Below are positions 13,555 through 23,904 of a stretch of 64,000 nt of DNA, piece after piece. Under the pieces are notes generated by a model, which searched no databases, was not told the origin of the DNA, and saw only the letters and a list, made by a program, of their open reading frames with translations. The stretch lies in contig JAUCBJ010000267.1 of NCBI GenBank assembly GCA_032718475.1, forward strand, positions 45,664 to 109,663, in the 5' to 3' direction. Source of the stretch: Nemertoderma westbladi. Lineage: Eukaryota > Animalia > Xenacoelomorpha. Within the stretch, counting starts at the first letter, position 1; every line of letters starts with the position of its first letter. Made by a program: the position numbers and the translations under genes.

Positions 13555-14043
13555 TCAGTCGGGAATCGCCACGTCCTGTTTATTCATGCATTCACCACAC
13601 TTGTAGAACAGCTTGTACACGCTGAAGACTTTCGGCGTCTCCTGATCCTCGCCTCGAGTCCTCCGATACAGGTGCATTCCGTCGAACTGGTCTCGGACTG
13701 CAGGTAGAGGCTCCTCGTGTCGTAAATACATATTCATATGGTATAGTCGTGCGATTTCCTCGTCCGGATCTGCGCTAATGTCGCACACGTCCAAAGCAAA
13801 GTCGTAGGGATACCGCGTGCGATACTCTCTCCGCAAAACTTCCATCCGGTCCCCCAACGCTCTCATTCTTTCTCTCCGTAATTCTTTATCATAACTTGGT
13901 TTATACTTCCCGTTCAGCTCCATCACGGACCGCCCATGGTAGTAAACGTTAGAGTCTTTACATCCTGGTCGCGCGAATGGTAGCTCCGCCTCCTCTCTGG
14001 CAGTAAATCCTCTGCGCGGTTGCGCTCTAATATCCCTCTCCAT
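13555..14043 (-). CDS. Element A accessory ORF, 162 aa, unknown function, C-terminal YxCxxC
   Basis: Clean ATG-to-stop ORF on the same strand as pol. It shares TRYP, MYL, PLPxV, FxxMxxY and YxCxEC motifs with the ORF at 37155-37862. Confidence 0.7.
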   Translation of the reverse strand: MERDIRAQPRRGFTAREEAELPFARPGCKDSNVYYHGRSVMELNGKYKPSYDKELRRERMRALGDRMEVLRREYRTRYPYDFALDVCDISADPDEEIARLYHMNMYLRHEEPLPAVRDQFDGMHLYRRTRGEDQETPKVFSVYKLFYKCGECMNKQDVAIPD

Positions 14044-14800
14044 TATGTTACGCGTATATACATATATATATATCCCAATAAGTGCCGTTACGTAACCAAT
14101 TACACTGTGGGTAAATCAGTTAGATGCCGCCGAAGGACAGACCTCCCGAACCCCCCCGCCTTCCAGCAGTTCAGGTTCGACTCTCTAGATCCCGTCTCTT
14201 CCTAACTAACTATCCTCTAACCTATTCCCATGCATAGCGCAAAAACTTTGGAGATAAACTGGCCGTGACCAACTCACTTTTTGATGCCCAAACTACTCCC
14301 ATTACTCGTACTAAACTACAGTAGTTAGAAAGGACCATAGCCACAATACTCGACTATACCAAACCCACAGGTTTGATAATCGAACATCACACATCCTGCA
14401 AACTACTGAGTGGGGTCCATGCACGCCTCTGGTGCTACTAACCTTTAGCACCTTAGTTGCACTGTTGGCACCAATCTGTGGAAGTTGCTAAACTCAATTT
14501 ACACTCCTACGTAATATAGCCGTCACCATGGTTTCTAAATGCTATTTTCCAGGCTTCACGACTTTCAAATTACTGTTATCTATAGACGAATTCTAAAACG
14601 CGTCTATACACAGCGTCTGGAATTGTCTTGGGTTCACTTCTAATTTTTAAAATTTTCTAATTTTCCAAAAAATTTTGAAAATAAAATTTTGTTTTGATAC
14701 CCACCAGACAAAACTCAACGCAAATCACCACAACCCCGCTCCTATGCATTTCCTTGTATTTGCATACGAGGAATGCATACGAAGTGAGTTGCGTCCAACA

Positions 14801-16552
14801 CTAACTCTGTTTTGAGGCAGGAGACAAATTATAATCTCCCGTCTCGATACGTGTCTCCTCTAATAACACAATATCTTGGACCGGTCGGTCCAAGGTGTGT
14901 AAACCATTAGTTTTACACCTTTTTGGGTGCGGACACTTGCACCTAATTTTCACAGTGACTGTGCGCACTATGTTTTGCACGTCTGGGTGTGTGTGCAAGA
15001 TCACTCCCGTCTCCCAATACTTTCTCTTGACAATGGGTTCGGTTATCAACACGTAATCTCCCCTTTGGAGACTCCGAACCGTTTTGTACCACTTTGTTCT
15101 GGTGGATATGGTGGGAAGATAGTATTCCCGCCAATATTCCCAGAATGTGTACGCCACAAACTGTGTTACTTTCCAGCTCTTACGACTATATAGGTCGGCA
15201 CTAATGGGTTCTGATGCCGGCACAAGAAATGCTGGACTCTGCATTAGCAAATGATTCGGCGTTAATGCAACACCGTCTGGCAACATAGCTATCGGCCTCG
15301 AGTTTAGGGTATGCTCGATTTCAATGAAAGCTGTGACCAGTTCGTCGTCGGTAAGTTGTTTGTTTACAGGCAATGTTTTGGCAATGGCCTGTTTTACAGA
15401 GCGAACTAAACGCTCCCAACTTCCTCCTCTCCAAGGACTTTCTGGAGTATTAAATCTCCATTCTACTCGTTGCGGCAAAAGTGCTGCAGAAATTTCCTTA
15501 TTCTGTGCTGCTTTATGAGCCGCGTTCAACTCGCTATTCCCTCCGACAAAGTTTGTACCCTTGTCAGAGTAGAACGCCTTTACTAGTCCTCTCCTGGCCA
15601 TAAATCTCTTCAAGGCCAGGAGCAGAGATTTGGTCGACATGTCTGCCACACGCTCGATATGTATGGCTCTACTCGCCATACATGTCAATAGCAGACCCCA
15701 TCGCTTGTGGGTCAGCCGTCCACTCTTTGCTTCAATCGGACCAAAACAATCCACCCCTGTGTTCGTAAAGGGTGGGTCATATGCCTGCACTCTCGCTTCC
15801 GGGAGTTCAGCCATCTCCTGTTCCAATACTCTGGCGTTCACCCTCTTGCAAACCAGACAGGCGTCATACATAGTGCCGACTGCCCTGCTTGGCTGCAATA
15901 GAATGAATCGCTGTCTCGCTGCCGACAAACAGTGTAACCTTCCCGCGTGATGCAACCTCTTATGTATATCCCATAGAATCGCTCTTTGCAATTCTATCGG
16001 GTAACTAGGGATTATCACTGGGAATCGAAACTGTAAGTTTATGTCGACAGTCTGGATTCTCGATCTATGACAAATCAAACCCTTATGGATTAATGGACTC
16101 CATTTTCTAAGGGGTTTATAGAGAACTGGTCGTTGAGCCGATAATAGATGGAATTCTTTAGGGAAGGCACACATTTGATAATATCTCAAATGCTTTAATT
16201 CCGCTTGATCAATCTCATCCTCTGTCAGAGGTTGTTTCAATTTCCGAATTCGCTCACTATTGGTGCTCAATGGTTCTCTCAAATGTTTCGAATGTTTTAA
16301 ACAAAGGTACGAAACGTATCGGCTTAACCACGCAGTTCTTTTACAAATTGTCAGCCAAGAGGCAGACGAATTTAGTAATTTGTCATAAACACTGCATGAC
16401 TCTAATGCCAGCGACGGTTGTCCGCTAACTAATGGAAGTTTCGAATCCAAACCCGCAGGTTTGGAAACCAAAGGATCCATTATGTCGGTCATTTTCTGTC
16501 CGTCACGCCAACTGTGACTCCGGTTTAGTCTGTAAGGGTGGTTTGATGTCAT
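14801..16552 (-). CDS. pol: Element A pol, integrase portion (frameshifted relative to the upstream RT/RNase H)
   Basis: HHCC motif (HKRLHHAG...CLVC) and catalytic motifs TGVDCFGP, YSDKGTNF and GGSWERLV, followed by a BEL-type C-terminus (LDRPVQDIVLL). Confidence 0.93.
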   Translation of the reverse strand: MTSNHPYRLNRSHSWRDGQKMTDIMDPLVSKPAGLDSKLPLVSGQPSLALESCSVYDKLLNSSASWLTICKRTAWLSRYVSYLCLKHSKHLREPLSTNSERIRKLKQPLTEDEIDQAELKHLRYYQMCAFPKEFHLLSAQRPVLYKPLRKWSPLIHKGLICHRSRIQTVDINLQFRFPVIIPSYPIELQRAILWDIHKRLHHAGRLHCLSAARQRFILLQPSRAVGTMYDACLVCKRVNARVLEQEMAELPEARVQAYDPPFTNTGVDCFGPIEAKSGRLTHKRWGLLLTCMASRAIHIERVADMSTKSLLLALKRFMARRGLVKAFYSDKGTNFVGGNSELNAAHKAAQNKEISAALLPQRVEWRFNTPESPWRGGSWERLVRSVKQAIAKTLPVNKQLTDDELVTAFIEIEHTLNSRPIAMLPDGVALTPNHLLMQSPAFLVPASEPISADLYSRKSWKVTQFVAYTFWEYWREYYLPTISTRTKWYKTVRSLQRGDYVLITEPIVKRKYWETGVILHTHPDVQNIVRTVTVKIRCKCPHPKRCKTNGLHTLDRPVQDIVLLEETRIETGDYNLSPASKQS

Positions 16553-17780
16553 AACTTACCCTTCCGGACCTAGTAGTCACGTAAGTCTGTTGGTCTGACA
16601 GGTCTCCGGGCCGCTCCAATAACTCTTCAGGCCGCTCCAATGACTCTTCAGGCCGCTCCAATGACTTAAGTTTGGCTTTAGACTTCGACTTAGAGACTTT
16701 CTCCACTTTGACTTCTGCATCTTCAGGCATCGGATTGGTCACTATCTTTAGTCGTTCTGGCCAATGTTCCTGTGTCCTCGTTAGAAAATCAGGTCCATGC
16801 AACCAAAACTCCTGCGACTCTTCCCGACAGAATTCCGCCGGCATTGCACCTCTCGAAGTTATGTCGGCCGGGTTTAACACTCCCGGACAATGTCTCCATT
16901 GTTCCTTCGTCGAAAAGTCAACGATCTGAGCGCGTCTGTTGGCCACAAATGTCTTTAGTGCAATATTGTCGGCCGCAATGTATACTAACACCAAGGATGC
17001 GTCCGTCCAATAGAATAAGGTCAATGTCGTGTCTAACTCCTCAATTATTTGCTTACTTACCTCGACCGAAACTACAGCCGCCTGTAACTCTGCACGAGGG
17101 ACAGTCATGTATTTGACCGGCATTGTCTTTGATCTAGAAGTCACAAAGGCCGTCTCAAATTTGTCCTGACTTACCTCTCGGCGAAGGTAGGCTACCATAC
17201 CAAAGCCGGTGTCACTTGCGTCACTGAATAAATGCAGCTCGAGATCAGCTGGAAATACCAGCTGATTCGGAAAGTAGGAACGGGGTACGTCTATGTTTTT
17301 CAATAGATGTAACTCGGCTTCCCACTCCCTCCACTGCTTTGCATGTATAGGAGATATTGGTTCGTCCCACTTTAAGTCGGACAACCAAATTTTCCTCATG
17401 CACGCTCGTGCCTGTAATATAACCGGACTGATAAAGTTCATCGGGTCAAATAGTCTACTCAATGTCGATAAGCAAATCCTCTTAGTCAAAACTTTGTCTG
17501 GGCTACTGGGCTCAAATCTAACTCTTACCTGGAACTTGTCTGAGTTCGGGTTCCAAGCGAGTCCCAGTACTCGCGCCATGGGGATTGGTTCTACCCCCAA
17601 TTCTATGTCTCCGCTCCCGCGATCCTTTACCGGGAACGATTCTAATAGGGCCTCCGAGTTAGTAGTGAACTTGGTCAGAGGAAATCCCCCTGTAGCCAAG
17701 CACTCTTGCAGGCCGTGAGCCACTTCTATGGCTTGTTCCGCCGTGTCCTTGGACACCAATCCGTCGTCCATGTAGAAGTT
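16503..17780 (-). CDS. pol: Element A pol, RT C-terminal half plus RNase H (in-frame continuation after the premature TGA at 17781-17783)
   Basis: Motifs NFYMDD, RVLGLAW, LFDPMN, LHLFSDAS, TVPRAELQAA, YWTDAS and NPADITSRG. Confidence 0.93.
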   Translation of the reverse strand, partial: NFYMDDGLVSKDTAEQAIEVAHGLQECLATGGFPLTKFTTNSEALLESFPVKDRGSGDIELGVEPIPMARVLGLAWNPNSDKFQVRVRFEPSSPDKVLTKRICLSTLSRLFDPMNFISPVILQARACMRKIWLSDLKWDEPISPIHAKQWREWEAELHLLKNIDVPRSYFPNQLVFPADLELHLFSDASDTGFGMVAYLRREVSQDKFETAFVTSRSKTMPVKYMTVPRAELQAAVVSVEVSKQIIEELDTTLTLFYWTDASLVLVYIAADNIALKTFVANRRAQIVDFSTKEQWRHCPGVLNPADITSRGAMPAEFCREESQEFWLHGPDFLTRTQEHWPERLKIVTNPMPEDAEVKVEKVSKSKSKAKLKSLERPEESLERPEELLERPGDLSDQQTYVTTRSGRVSYDIKPPLQTKPESQLA

Positions 17781-20700
17781 TCACAAGATGGACTCGATAA
17801 CCTCTACTGGGTACTTACCAATCTGGGCTGTTGCCGTTTTCTTTAGAACAAACAGCGTGCCATTTGGACTATCGCGGGCGCCAAATATCCTAACGTACAT
17901 TTGGTATGTAACCACTGGGCCGGATAAGTCTTCATTCTCGTACCAGAGAAAGCGAAGGCTATCCTGGTCTGCCTTACAGGCTCTTACCTGGTGGAACATC
18001 GCCTCGATGTCACAAGTAAATGCGAATCGCCGCTGTCTAAAACGTAACAGTATTCCGATCAAATAGTTATTCAGGTTGGGACCATCCATCAACTCTGAAT
18101 TCAGGGACATACCTCTATAGACTGCTGCGCAGTCGTTGACTACTCGGACTTTGTCAGGTTTGTCAGGGTGAGTCACATAGTGGTGTGGAAGGTAATAAGT
18201 CTGGTCTGTCACTAAGTCAGGGTCCTCTACCTTCCCAGCAAATCCCTTGGCGAAATAGTTGTTGATCTGGGCGCAATACTTCTCCCTAATGTCCGGATTC
18301 TTCAACAACCGAGCCCTTACTCCATTTAATCTTTTCAAGGCTAAGCTGTAGTTGTTCTCCAACTTAGGTGGTTGTCGACGCCACAACATTCCAACTTCAA
18401 AATGTCCAGTCGGTAGTAGACGTATGGTATCTTCCATCATCTCCAGCGACCGTTTCTCATCAGTAGACATGGCCAGGTCATATCCACCGGGTTCCATTGC
18501 GTCCCTATCCAGCCATTCGACGGTTCTGGCTCCTGTCTCGAGGTCCTGGCATATCAATTCCTTCTGTAATTCCTCCTCACTGTACTGGAAAATGTCTAGG
18601 TCTCGATATTTAGCCACTTGACCCTCCACTATTTCTGTATAAGTCAAAACGTTAGTCAGATAAGTAGCGTGGGCCGCTGAACCAGACCCACGGGTCTGAT
18701 AACAGTAGTCCTCGGGTTCACTATCTGTCCGGTCGTTATGAAGTGGTTCCGACAACCTAACATTATCGGGAATCAACTCCTCGTCCGACTCGCTAAAGTC
18801 ACTATAGTGGTCAATGCAGGTTCTCCTAAACTCGTCTATGTCTGGTGGTTCTACTAACGGTGGTTGAGTTATAGGCTGTAATTCGTCGTATCTGTCCATT
18901 GGCTTGTCGCCACCTGTAAACTCATAAGACATGGGTACTCTTGTATACCAACCTAGTATGGTCCTATGGGCATGTGGTCCATTGACATGCGGCTCAGCTG
19001 GTCTCGTTTCCCATATCTGGTGTGCGATCAGCTGTTCTGCACCAATTAACATAGAAACATTCCTATAACCTACCTGGTGTCTGGGTATCCTGAGCTTGTC
19101 AAAATACTCCTGTGCTATGGGACTCATCGGCGGCACCTTACCTAACTGCCTGCCGAATCCCTTCATAGCTAGACACTTAAATCCGTCCAATGGCAAAGCT
19201 TTCCGTTCTTGTCGAGTGTGTTGGTCTCTCGGAAGTAGGGAATCTAGTTCTACCGAAATTCTGTGTCCCTTGAGGTCTCCTACCCCGTGCATAGACTTCA
19301 ACTCTATTTGGATCTCCTCGGCGTCCTGGAAGCTAGAAACAGCTCTCGCCACTTCCTCGTCGATATACGATAATGTGGACGCAGTGTCCAACATCACATA
19401 TATTCGTTTCGATCCCTTATCTCCAGTGAGTTTCACCGGAATCACGCTAAATATTTCCGACGTGGCCGATGATAAATACGTCCGCGCGCTGGTCGATGAA
19501 CTATCCGCGGTGAAACCTTGGCAGGTCACTTCTCTCGCGCTCAACTCGCCATCCTCGTCCGACGAACCTGGTTGGTAACCATCGTCCTGGATGCCAGTGT
19601 ACGTATTCCTCCTTATCGATACGGGTTCTTTGCTCCCCTTCCTGTGAGGATTTCGCTGTAAGTAACGGTCCGTTGGGGTATGGAAATCCGCATGTAGCAA
19701 CTTGTGATGTAGTCTGCCGCATTCCATGCATCCGTCCTTGCTGTTCGGGCACTGCCGCCATACATGGCCTGGCGCAAGACATGCCCAACAGGTGTCCAAC
19801 GTCCGCACTTGAACTCTTCTCTGTTCCGAATTTAATTCTTTGAACCGTCTGCAACTATCTAACTTATGGTCGTCAGATCTTACCTCCTTTAGTAAACAGT
19901 ATTGGCAACCTACAAATCCATCCGGCAACTCCTGTTGCTTTAACCTAGGTCTATCTAACCGCTCACCTGACCATACTCGCGAGTCTGATCTAAAGGCTGG
20001 GGTATTCGAATTATATCTGTCTACTGAGTTATAAGTCACAGTGGTCCTGTCATCGTCAAAACTTACCATAGACTTACCGGTAACAGGTTTAGACTCCCTC
20101 ATATTCTCTTCTGAGAAGTTTGATTTCATCTCTGCTACTGCGTCTGTGGCTATCATGTCATGAATATGCTGAAGTGTCAACACCTTACCTTGGCCCTCCA
20201 ACTTATTCTCTAATTTGCGCCATTTCTGTCTGTAACGCATGTTTAGACGTCTTATTACGCTTTTCAAAACTTCGGCGTGATCACCATGATGAGGTAGATT
20301 CACCGTCCTCAAGATGTCCAATGCGTTCGAAATAGCGTTCGCTAAGTTCAACAGCTCTAACGGAGTTGTAATCCTTCCGCCCTTACCCAAGTCTTCTACT
20401 ATCGACTGCGCCATCTTCGTTTTATTCCCGTAGATGTCACTAAGCGTCTTCATCGCTAACTCAAATGCTCTTTCATTGCCGACGAAGTTATCAGCAATGG
20501 CTCTAGGTTCTCGATGGAGCATCTGAAGCAAATAGTTGAACTTCTCGTTGGGAGTAAAGGTGCTGTTGGTTAGCTGCTCGTCGACATAGGTTCTAAAGGT
20601 CCTCCAGTGCTTGTGGTTGCCCATAAACTTCTGGGGTTGTTGCGTCGGCAGTCCTTGCCTAGCAGCAAACTTACCTATGTCCCTAAGGGTTGCGTCATTC

Positions 20701-22754
20701 CGGGTTAACAAATGGTTTAGTTCCGCAGGGTTATTAAGTCTGGTCCTTTCCCGGTGGTTCCAACTTACCTGCTCCGCGTCCGTCCTTCTTTCCTTATAGT
20801 TTCGGGACTTCTGACGTCTCATGTCTTCCTTTTCATCGCTTGACTCGGTGTCAGTCCTTAGCGCTCGCGATGGTTTGCGCGCCGAGGCCCTGATCCAAGC
20901 ATCCTCAATAAATTTCTCTGCCGAATTTTCGAAATTGGGATTATGGATATTCGGGACAGGCGTCCTTACCTGAGGTCTATGTGGTATAGTCTCCTCCGAT
21001 ATGCGTACTCGTTGACTAGGCTGGACTTTATCTAACTCAGGCCTGCTGGGATTAGAATTACTTCTTACCTGGGCTGCTTCCTTTAACCGTAGGTTGCTAA
21101 GCATGTCCGTTATAGGTTGGATGTGCGGCGATATAGCTTGCGCTAAACTAGCACTTAACTCATCCCTCGTAATAAATTCCTGGCTAGGGTTCTGTTGTAT
21201 AGTCGGCTCTATCTGAGTAATCCGCTGTCTCTCATATGATCCCTCTTCCGGTTTAACCCGGAAGTTCTCCGTCGAACTGGGTCGGCGCTCCGTCCGCGTA
21301 TTCCAAACCCTCGGGTTCGGTTCGCCAAATACTCGGCCCGTCGGAGTTTCTTCTCTAAATTCTCCGTTGTCACGTTCGGTATACAGTGGTGCGGTGTTCC
21401 GATGACGTAGATCCTGGGCGATAGGTGAAGCACTAATACCAACTGGCGTGCGATATGTAGAGAACGGTTTAACGATCCGTGTACTCGTAATAGCTGGACC
21501 GGGTATAGGAATTCTGGTCGTCGTCGACTCGCGTATAGCCGGAGTTCTCGCTTCCTGTTCGGCCTTCTGCAGTGCGAACAGTTCTCGCAACTCAGTCCCT
21601 ACACTCGCCCTACATTCTTCGATCATTCGCATCCCCTTCTCGGCGATTTCGTTCGCCTGGTTCGTCCGCTCGGCTTCCTTCCGTGCTTCCTGTGCACGCA
21701 AAACTTCCGCCTGCTGTTCGTCTAGTCGGCGTCTTCTCTCCTCCGCCGATTTGTGAGAAACAAGGGATCTAGCACATATTACTTTACCTCGCGCGTGACT
21801 AACCTGGGAATCGCCGCTGTCTCTAGATGCATCGTCGGGTGGAGTTAACGCCCTCTGTTGAATGTTCTCCGTCGTCGGTAGCACCTGACCTGGTACCACC
21901 ACTCCATTCTGCATCAGCCAGCTAGTAACTTCCCTCTGATAACGGCGCTCTTCCTTATCTTGGATCTCTTCTCGCTCCACTAAGTCTCTCAACTCTACGT
22001 CACTCACCTGAGTCGCCTGCGCTTGTGATGTCCATAGAAGCCAGTTCTCCGTCCTAACTCGTCGGAATCGCTCCGATAACTCGCGGTGCTCCAACAAGGC
22101 TGCTAAAACCCTGTCGTAAATCCTCGTCGCCACGTCGCTCGACTGAGACTCTACTGCCTTCTTCGCTAGGACTGCAAGCTCCTCCGTCTGCTTGAATAAC
22201 GCTGAGTTATATCCTCTTCTAATCTCTACTAACTCTACCCTCCCGATGTTCGCTGGGTCAGCTAACATTTTCCTTACCTTGTCCGCCGTCCGAGTTATAT
22301 GTCCGGCATGCGCGCGAAGTTTCTTCTTTATCGCGATATCGAACTCTCTATCACTCACCTGACTTACGCTCGGTGGACTTGAAGGATTATTTCGGGAACT
22401 ACGGGTACTCCTAACAGCCGTCGGAACCACGGCACTTACCATACCCACAGGTCTGGAAACCGGGCTCCGGGCTCTCGCTTCTGCTACACTACCCTCCCTA
22501 TCACTCACCTCTGTCCGGGCTGCCGTACAGTCCTTCCTATCAGTAGCGGTAGGGGATCCTAATACTATTACCTGAGGCTGCTGTTCTTCCTCACTAGTCA
22601 CTGTCTCGTCCTCCTGTTCACTTACGTCAGCGTCACTCGCTGCGTCGTCATAGTCGGCATTGTCATCAACAGTAATATTTACGCTATCGTCAGTCGGCGG
22701 TCCAGCCGCCGTCTCGTAGCTGTCCTCTAGTGCCTCTTTGTCTGAGACACTCAT
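17781..22754 (-). CDS. gag-pol: Element A gag-protease-RT (N-terminal half) polyprotein, 1657 aa
   Basis: BEL gag core (KFMGN...W..F...EKFNYL), triple Cys/His array (CQYC..H....C, CWACLAPGHVWRQC, CMECGRLHHKLLH), protease VMLDTAS, and RT motifs YYLPHH, KVRVVND and DIEAMFHQV. Confidence 0.95.
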   Translation of the reverse strand: MSVSDKEALEDSYETAAGPPTDDSVNITVDDNADYDDAASDADVSEQEDETVTSEEEQQPQVIVLGSPTATDRKDCTAARTEVSDREGSVAEARARSPVSRPVGMVSAVVPTAVRSTRSSRNNPSSPPSVSQVSDREFDIAIKKKLRAHAGHITRTADKVRKMLADPANIGRVELVEIRRGYNSALFKQTEELAVLAKKAVESQSSDVATRIYDRVLAALLEHRELSERFRRVRTENWLLWTSQAQATQVSDVELRDLVEREEIQDKEERRYQREVTSWLMQNGVVVPGQVLPTTENIQQRALTPPDDASRDSGDSQVSHARGKVICARSLVSHKSAEERRRRLDEQQAEVLRAQEARKEAERTNQANEIAEKGMRMIEECRASVGTELRELFALQKAEQEARTPAIRESTTTRIPIPGPAITSTRIVKPFSTYRTPVGISASPIAQDLRHRNTAPLYTERDNGEFREETPTGRVFGEPNPRVWNTRTERRPSSTENFRVKPEEGSYERQRITQIEPTIQQNPSQEFITRDELSASLAQAISPHIQPITDMLSNLRLKEAAQVRSNSNPSRPELDKVQPSQRVRISEETIPHRPQVRTPVPNIHNPNFENSAEKFIEDAWIRASARKPSRALRTDTESSDEKEDMRRQKSRNYKERRTDAEQVSWNHRERTRLNNPAELNHLLTRNDATLRDIGKFAARQGLPTQQPQKFMGNHKHWRTFRTYVDEQLTNSTFTPNEKFNYLLQMLHREPRAIADNFVGNERAFELAMKTLSDIYGNKTKMAQSIVEDLGKGGRITTPLELLNLANAISNALDILRTVNLPHHGDHAEVLKSVIRRLNMRYRQKWRKLENKLEGQGKVLTLQHIHDMIATDAVAEMKSNFSEENMRESKPVTGKSMVSFDDDRTTVTYNSVDRYNSNTPAFRSDSRVWSGERLDRPRLKQQELPDGFVGCQYCLLKEVRSDDHKLDSCRRFKELNSEQRRVQVRTLDTCWACLAPGHVWRQCPNSKDGCMECGRLHHKLLHADFHTPTDRYLQRNPHRKGSKEPVSIRRNTYTGIQDDGYQPGSSDEDGELSAREVTCQGFTADSSSTSARTYLSSATSEIFSVIPVKLTGDKGSKRIYVMLDTASTLSYIDEEVARAVSSFQDAEEIQIELKSMHGVGDLKGHRISVELDSLLPRDQHTRQERKALPLDGFKCLAMKGFGRQLGKVPPMSPIAQEYFDKLRIPRHQVGYRNVSMLIGAEQLIAHQIWETRPAEPHVNGPHAHRTILGWYTRVPMSYEFTGGDKPMDRYDELQPITQPPLVEPPDIDEFRRTCIDHYSDFSESDEELIPDNVRLSEPLHNDRTDSEPEDYCYQTRGSGSAAHATYLTNVLTYTEIVEGQVAKYRDLDIFQYSEEELQKELICQDLETGARTVEWLDRDAMEPGGYDLAMSTDEKRSLEMMEDTIRLLPTGHFEVGMLWRRQPPKLENNYSLALKRLNGVRARLLKNPDIREKYCAQINNYFAKGFAGKVEDPDLVTDQTYYLPHHYVTHPDKPDKVRVVNDCAAVYRGMSLNSELMDGPNLNNYLIGILLRFRQRRFAFTCDIEAMFHQVRACKADQDSLRFLWYENEDLSGPVVTYQMYVRIFGARDSPNGTLFVLKKTATAQIGKYPVEVIESIL

Positions 22755-23904
22755 AGTCTAAATAATATTTGCCTTCCGGCAAAAATCTCGCAAAAGTTCG
22801 AGATATAATTATAATTTAACCGAAATACGGTCAAATTATTTGTCAAATAATCAGTTGGTCCAAATGTCAAATAAATTCGCAATACAATATTGTGAATTTA
22901 ATGGGGTATATAGTTATAGCAAATACTAACACAATATTTAAACAAAAATATTATTATATAGCTACTATATAATATTAAATACCGGTATAGCACAAAATAA
23001 CTCTGAATCTAATACAAAATATTCAAAATAGACTTGCCACCCGAATATTTCCAATTTTATATATAGCTCTAATCAACGCAATTTTAGTTTCAAATATTAT
23101 ATGTATCCACTAGCGCGTGGCTACATCTTCGGGTTGCGACTCTCTCTAACTCTCTCTCTAACTTGAGCGATTCAAAAAAACCATGGCCGGCTAAACCTAA
23201 ATATCCTAACTAATAAATTGAGTTCAGCTTCGCAGTTAAACAACCGGTAATTTTTTACTGCTTCCACAAACACACTGGCGCCAACAGAACAACTAACCTT
23301 GTTTGCTGTGAGATTCCACGTCCGCGTCCAAAGATTCAGGCCCTTCGCTGATTGCAAACCGAACCCGCAGACCCACACGAACCCCAAACTCAGAAGTCCC
23401 GTCTTGCCATGTATCTCCAGATGGTATAAAATAACTAAGCGGTTACCTAACATACCGGTACAAAACTCTAGAATTTTACAAATAATTTTGACCGAAAACT
23501 GAATTCTCGCAAACCTAGCTAATAATTTTCAAAAACTTACTAATTACAATTTGCCCTAAGGCCTAAGGAACTGCTGTATTCGCAATTAGCAAAACGCACT
23601 ACCGTACATCCACTGTATGCAGTACAGTAAGTAAAACAGTACACCAACCTAACAGCCTAATGATACTGTGTGTGGTACGGCAAACAAATGTCCTTCTACC
23701 GTACGCAGTAACAGCAATCAGCCTAATGTACTACTGTACTAGTGTACGCAGCCAGTGAATACTCTATCTGCCTTACTGTACGCAGTACAGCAAAGCAATA
23801 CTGCACGTATCACTGATACAAAGTATCAGTGATCTAAACTAATAGCAGTCTAAACTAACAGCCTAAGAATACACTATTGACCGCTGCAAGCAACAGCCAA
23901 TAAT

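Noticed and set aside
11641-14043. env gene in the post-pol position
   Set aside because: No signal peptide, transmembrane segment or fusion-protein cysteine pattern is visible. The motifs fit a soluble nuclease and a small CxxC protein better.
17772-17790. Programmed stop-codon readthrough in pol
   Set aside because: The TGA lies inside the RT domain rather than at a gag/pol boundary and lacks a recognisable readthrough context. A point mutation (e.g. CGA>TGA) is simpler.
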